A stretch of 21,886 nt of DNA from Polyangiaceae bacterium. Its GTDB lineage: Bacteria > Myxococcota_A > Polyangia > Polyangiales > Polyangiaceae. The stretch spans positions 1 to 21,886 of the forward strand of contig JANRKO010000013.1 in assembly GCA_033763455.1 (NCBI GenBank), read 5' to 3'. The position numbers and the translations under genes were made by a program. How positions within the stretch are numbered: the first letter of the stretch is position 1; every line of letters starts with the position of its first letter. Positions 18,322 to 21,886 of this stretch are shown here, piece after piece. Below the pieces are notes generated by a model, which had not been told where the DNA came from, made no database searches, and worked only from the letters and a program-made list of their open reading frames with translations.

Positions 18322-20136
18322 TCACGCAGCCGTGTGCGTTCGCGGAGCTGTTTCGAACGAGCTGGCCTCGACCATGCGCGCAAAAAGGCCGTCTTTGTCG
18401 GCCAATTCGCCGAAGGTGCCAGCTTCCACCACCTCACCTTCATCGAACACGAAGATCCGATCCACACTCTTAATCGTGGAGAGGCGGTGAGCGATAATGA
18501 TGAGCGTTTTGCCTTCGATGTTCTTCAGCAACGTTTCGAACAAAGTGTGCTCGGTGAGAACGTCGAGCGCCGAAGAGGGCTCATCTAAGATCAGGATTTT
18601 GAAGTCTCTCAGGAAGATGCGAGCCATCGCGATCCTTTGCCGCTGCCCGCCCGAAAGCTGCACTCCCCGCTCACCGGTAACGGTGTTGAAGCCTTCAGGG
18701 AGGCTCACAATGAAATCGTAAATCTCCGCTTTCTTGCACGCCTCCATCACGTCCTCGTCGCTCGCGTTGCGATTGGCAAAACGCAGGTTCTCAAGGATGG
18801 TGGTGTTAAAGAGGAAGGCCTCTTGGTTCATGATCGCGATCTGCTCGCGCAGGGTGCGGAATTTGAGGTCCTGGAGGTCCAGGTTGCCAAATTTCACGCT
18901 ACCTTCTGCCATTGGGTAGAGGCCCAAAAGCACGTTGATAACTGTTGATTTGCCGGACCCGGAGCGCCCCACAAACGCCACGTGTTCGCCCGCGCGAATA
19001 TCGAACGACACTTTTCGCAGCTGCCGCTGTTCACCGCGAGTGGCGTAACCAAAAGTAACGTCTTTTACCGCCACCGAGCCATCGATCACGAACTCGGTGA
19101 GCTTGGGGTTCGGATTTTCAACTTCATCATTGTCCAAGATCCCAAGGATCGCAGTCACCGAAGGCGAGGCCGAAACGATCTGATCAAACGAAGAAAACAA
19201 AACAGATATTTGGCCCAGCAAAAAAGTAACAAGCGCCACGTAGGCAATCACAGAGCCGATCTGGAAGTTGGCGTCACGCGTCATGATGACGCCCGCCACT
19301 ACCCAAAGCATCACTGGCGTGAACTCGCCAATGAATTGGATCGTCATGCCAAACACTCGCATGATCATCGAGTAGCGCATGTCGATATCCCGCGCGTTCC
19401 GCACGTCGGCTATCACCTGGCGACTCTGATCTTCCTCCGCAGCGAACATCCGCACGTGGCGGATGCCGGTCATGAAATCCACAATGGCCGCACTCAGCTT
19501 CTCGTTCGTATTGCGAAGTTGGTAAGAATTTTTGACGATCTTAGCGCGAAATATGCGCTGCAAGAGCGGCACGAGCGGTATGTAGACGAGCGAAAAAAGG
19601 GTCAAAGTTGGGTTGATGGAAAACAAAACCGGCACGCCTATCACTACGCCAAAAAACGCCTGCAATAGGTTAACAAACACCCAATCATAGAACTGCTGAA
19701 CCTTATCCATGTCCATCAGCAGCTTGGCGGAAGTGGAGCCGGTGCCTCGACGATCGAAATAGCTGATGGAGAGCACCTGTAGCTTCTTAATCAGTTCTTC
19801 GCGGATCCTCGTGATAAGATTTCGGATCAGAAAGATGCGCCGCTTGGCGGCTAGCAGCGTAAAGAGGCTATGCACCAGGTAGAGCGACACCCAGCCGGCG
19901 GCAAACAGGAAAAGCAGAGATACCTGCCGTTTCGGGAAAACATCGTTGATCAAATACTTCAGCGAATAAGAAAGGCCCTGGTAGGTAGCCATCTGCAACA
20001 CACAGAAAATGAGCATCGTCACGTAGATGGCGCGGTGCTCTTGGGTGTAGCGCAGCAAGCCAAATAGCTTTTTCGGCTGAAGCTTTGGGCGCGTTTCAGG
20101 CGCCATGCTGGGCGTGTCTTTCTGGGGAGGAGCCAT
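18322..20136 (-). CDS. ABC exporter, fused permease and ATPase (MsbA/MdlA-like half transporter)
   Basis: Several N-terminal TM segments, Walker A GRSGSGKST, signature LSGGQRQRIAMAR, Walker B ILILDEP and H-loop AHRLST. Start uncertain (20136 or 20106 preferred over 20214). Confidence 0.92.
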   Translation of the reverse strand: MAPPQKDTPSMAPETRPKLQPKKLFGLLRYTQEHRAIYVTMLIFCVLQMATYQGLSYSLKYLINDVFPKRQVSLLFLFAAGWVSLYLVHSLFTLLAAKRRIFLIRNLITRIREELIKKLQVLSISYFDRRGTGSTSAKLLMDMDKVQQFYDWVFVNLLQAFFGVVIGVPVLFSINPTLTLFSLVYIPLVPLLQRIFRAKIVKNSYQLRNTNEKLSAAIVDFMTGIRHVRMFAAEEDQSRQVIADVRNARDIDMRYSMIMRVFGMTIQFIGEFTPVMLWVVAGVIMTRDANFQIGSVIAYVALVTFLLGQISVLFSSFDQIVSASPSVTAILGILDNDEVENPNPKLTEFVIDGSVAVKDVTFGYATRGEQRQLRKVSFDIRAGEHVAFVGRSGSGKSTVINVLLGLYPMAEGSVKFGNLDLQDLKFRTLREQIAIMNQEAFLFNTTILENLRFANRNASDEDVMEACKKAEIYDFIVSLPEGFNTVTGERGVQLSGGQRQRIAMARIFLRDFKILILDEPSSALDVLTEHTLFETLLKNIEGKTLIIIAHRLSTIKSVDRIFVFDEGEVVEAGTFGELADKDGLFARMVEASSFETAPRTHTAA

Positions 20137-20633
20137 GGTTGTCGAGCGTGGGCAATACAAGTTAGGCAGGGCCGCTGCCATCCGCAAAACGGCCAACCCA
20201 CCGCGTTCGATCATCAGAAATGTCGATTGCCCACACTGGGGGCTAAAATGCGCTCTTCGGCGACAGCTCGCCGCGGAACGTGTGGCGACTGAATTCTACT
20301 CGGAACAGATTCACCGGTACGCTGCCAAACCCTTATGACTGACGAGTGCTAGCGCAACTGCCAACCGCGAGCCCCGCCGCGCTATGTCGCTATGCAGGGT
20401 GGCGTTCGTTCCAGACTTGAATCCAGCAATGCTGCGCGCCCCAGCGAATCTTGCCAGGCGAGCCCTCCCCCGAGGGACTTCGTGTGCAATTTTAATGGAC
20501 ACTAGGGCAGTGATGCCTAGGCCGACGTGGTAAAGTGCGAGTTGCGCTTCATATCGAAGTCCTCGTGAGATCCTCCGGACTCCGTGAGGCTCAAACATCG
20601 TAACGCCCTGTACCACCGAACCAAGGAATACCG

Positions 20634-21293
20634 ATGAGCTACCGCTTCTCTCAACCTCTCACCCCGCTTGCAGTTGTGGCCTGCTTGGCAGTTAGCCTAG
20701 GATTGTACGGATGCAGCGATGACGCCACGAACGGGCGAGGAGAGGCCAACATCCTTCCGGCTACAGGCGGGAGCGGAAGTGTGGCCAGCGGATCGGGTGC
20801 GGGCAGCACCACCGGCTCAGGCAGCACCGGCTCGGGCAGCACCACCGGCTCGGGCAGTACGAAACCGGCAGGGACGGGGGCAAATCCAGGTATCGATTTC
20901 ATGGTTGGCGTCGGTGGTCCAGCGGCTTCAGGAATGGGGGGCCCCGTCGCCTTGCACCCAGAAATCCCGGAAACGTGCGACGGTATCGACAACGATCAGA
21001 ACGGCATTGTGGACGATCTGGATGTGGGCAAAGACGGCATTTGCGATTGTCTGCGCATTGCCACATTGGGCGTAAAGGGCACCGCTGGCGTAGGAGATGT
21101 ATTTGCCGCCTGGCTCTCCTCGCGCTCCGCAAGCGGTGCAGTGGACCTCAACAACATGGTGCTAACGCCTGACTTGTTGAAGGGCTTTCAGGTCATCGTC
21201 TCCCAGAATGTGAGCACCATTGGCCGCAGCTACGCGCCTTCGGAGGTTACGGCCCTCAATTGTCAGCGGGCATCCGAAACAGCGGCTAGCTGA
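20634..21293 (+). pseudogene. Lipoprotein with Gly/Ser/Thr linker and MopE-related CDGxDND motif, probably truncated at about 21260
   Basis: SD AAGGA, lipobox LYGC and ETCDGIDNDQNGIVDD. The globular part (LTPDLLKGFQVIV...SEVTALN) breaks off into the 10-aa tail CQRASETAAS. The gene itself is well supported; the truncation is inferred. Confidence 0.65.
20802..20861 (+). repeat. Coding tandem repeat (GSTTGS / GSTGS)
   Basis: GGCAGCACCACCGGCTCA, GGCAGCACCGGCTCG, GGCAGCACCACCGGCTCG, then a partial GGCAGTACG. Confidence 0.85.
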
Positions 21294-21415
21294 GCGGAAA
21301 GGCGCCCAAGCTTATTTATCCGCTGGCACAAAGCTCAGATTCTGCGCTCAGGGGAAAGGCGTAAAATTGGTCCAAAGCGCGTTAGCTCTTGGATGATCGC
21401 GTTACCCAGAAAGAT

Positions 21416-21444
21416 GAAAGGCTCGGCGGCAATCCGAGCCTTTC
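21416..21444 (-). terminator. Strong hairpin, possible minus-strand intrinsic terminator
   Basis: GAAAGGCTCGG / CCGAGCCTTTC, a perfect 11-bp stem. On the minus strand the stem runs out into TTTCATCTTTCT. Confidence 0.5.
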
Positions 21445-21848
21445 CAACTGCGATCAGCTGTGAGGTAACATTCACCGATCGGAGTGATGAAGTCCAGAAA
21501 TCTGCTGGGCGGAGCCTGCGATCGGTGATTTTTATCGGATATTCAGCTGCCAGCGTTGCTTCTCGCAGGTAAAGCTATGCGGTCGCTGTGATCGTGGGCA
21601 GGTGTTCTGCGGCGTAGTTTGTGCTGAAACGCAGCGGCGACAGACGCGACGGGATGCCGGTGATCGCTATCAGCGGACTGCGCGGGGAGCGCGTTTCCAT
21701 GCGGCCCGTCAAGCCCGCTACCGGGGACGGCGGCGTGAGAAAGTGACGCATCACCCCTCGTCATTAGGCGTGGGGACGGGCAGATGTGGAGCTGAGAAGG
21801 CGTTGGAAACAGCGACGCCTTCTTGGTCTCAGACAAGGAGCTCAAGTG

Positions 21849-21886
21849 ATGCGAATTTCCGCTCAGATCCAGGTTGTAGCGGGCCA
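21849..21886 (+). CDS. 5' end of a gene running off the window (MRISAQIQVVAG...)
   Basis: SD AAGGAG at 21835-21840, then in-frame GTG 21846 and ATG 21849, open to the window edge. Only 12 codons are visible. Confidence 0.5.
   Translation, partial: MRISAQIQVVAG

Larger units (their letters stand above)
21261..21886. mobile_element. Candidate end of an inserted element (TG-starting) with a long structured non-coding segment
   Basis: TGTCAGCGGG begins exactly where the lipoprotein sequence degenerates. No credible ORF follows for about 590 bp, and many stems are present. No transposase is visible in the window. Confidence 0.45.

Noticed and set aside
21261..21845. 5' half of a second group II intron
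   Set aside because: No GUGYG at the junction, no recognisable D3 motif, and no D5/D6 on the minus strand.
21543..21845. 100-aa minus-strand ORF
   Set aside because: TTG start at the element's hairpins, low-complexity composition and no motif.
21290..21865. 11-bp long-range inverted repeat CTGAGCGGAAA / TTTCCGCTCAG as MITE ends or retron a1/a2
   Set aside because: The right copy lies inside the probable ORF at 21849, the left copy is 29 nt inside the inferred junction, and there is no target duplication. It may be chance, but is worth rechecking if the ncRNA hypothesis holds.

Overview
High-GC bacterial window whose gene content suggests Myxococcota, probably Polyangiales (inference). It carries Cys-rich lipoproteins, paired Uma2 nucleases, a DUF1592/DUF1552 pair and a sigma54 promoter. 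The stable core has a YbiT-like ABC-F, groES-groEL under a CIRCE element (GroEL ends in a His-rich tail), a Phd-VapC toxin-antitoxin pair, a DUF1592-DUF1552 module followed by a beta-helix glycanase, an NmrA oxidoreductase and an ABC exporter. Both ends show mobile-element damage that the ORF track misses. At the left, bases 1-138 are the 3' end of a group II intron (clear D5, D6 with bulged branch A, AY end), sitting in phase in the first gene of a lipoprotein operon. Behind that operon lie a decayed sigma54-activator fragment and an IS91/ISCR-type transposase remnant. At the right, a lipoprotein gene appears to be cut at about 21260 by a TG-starting, ~590-bp segment with no credible ORF and dense nested stems, which leads into a new ORF running off the window. 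That segment is the best candidate here for something undescribed, but its identity cannot be fixed from this window alone.
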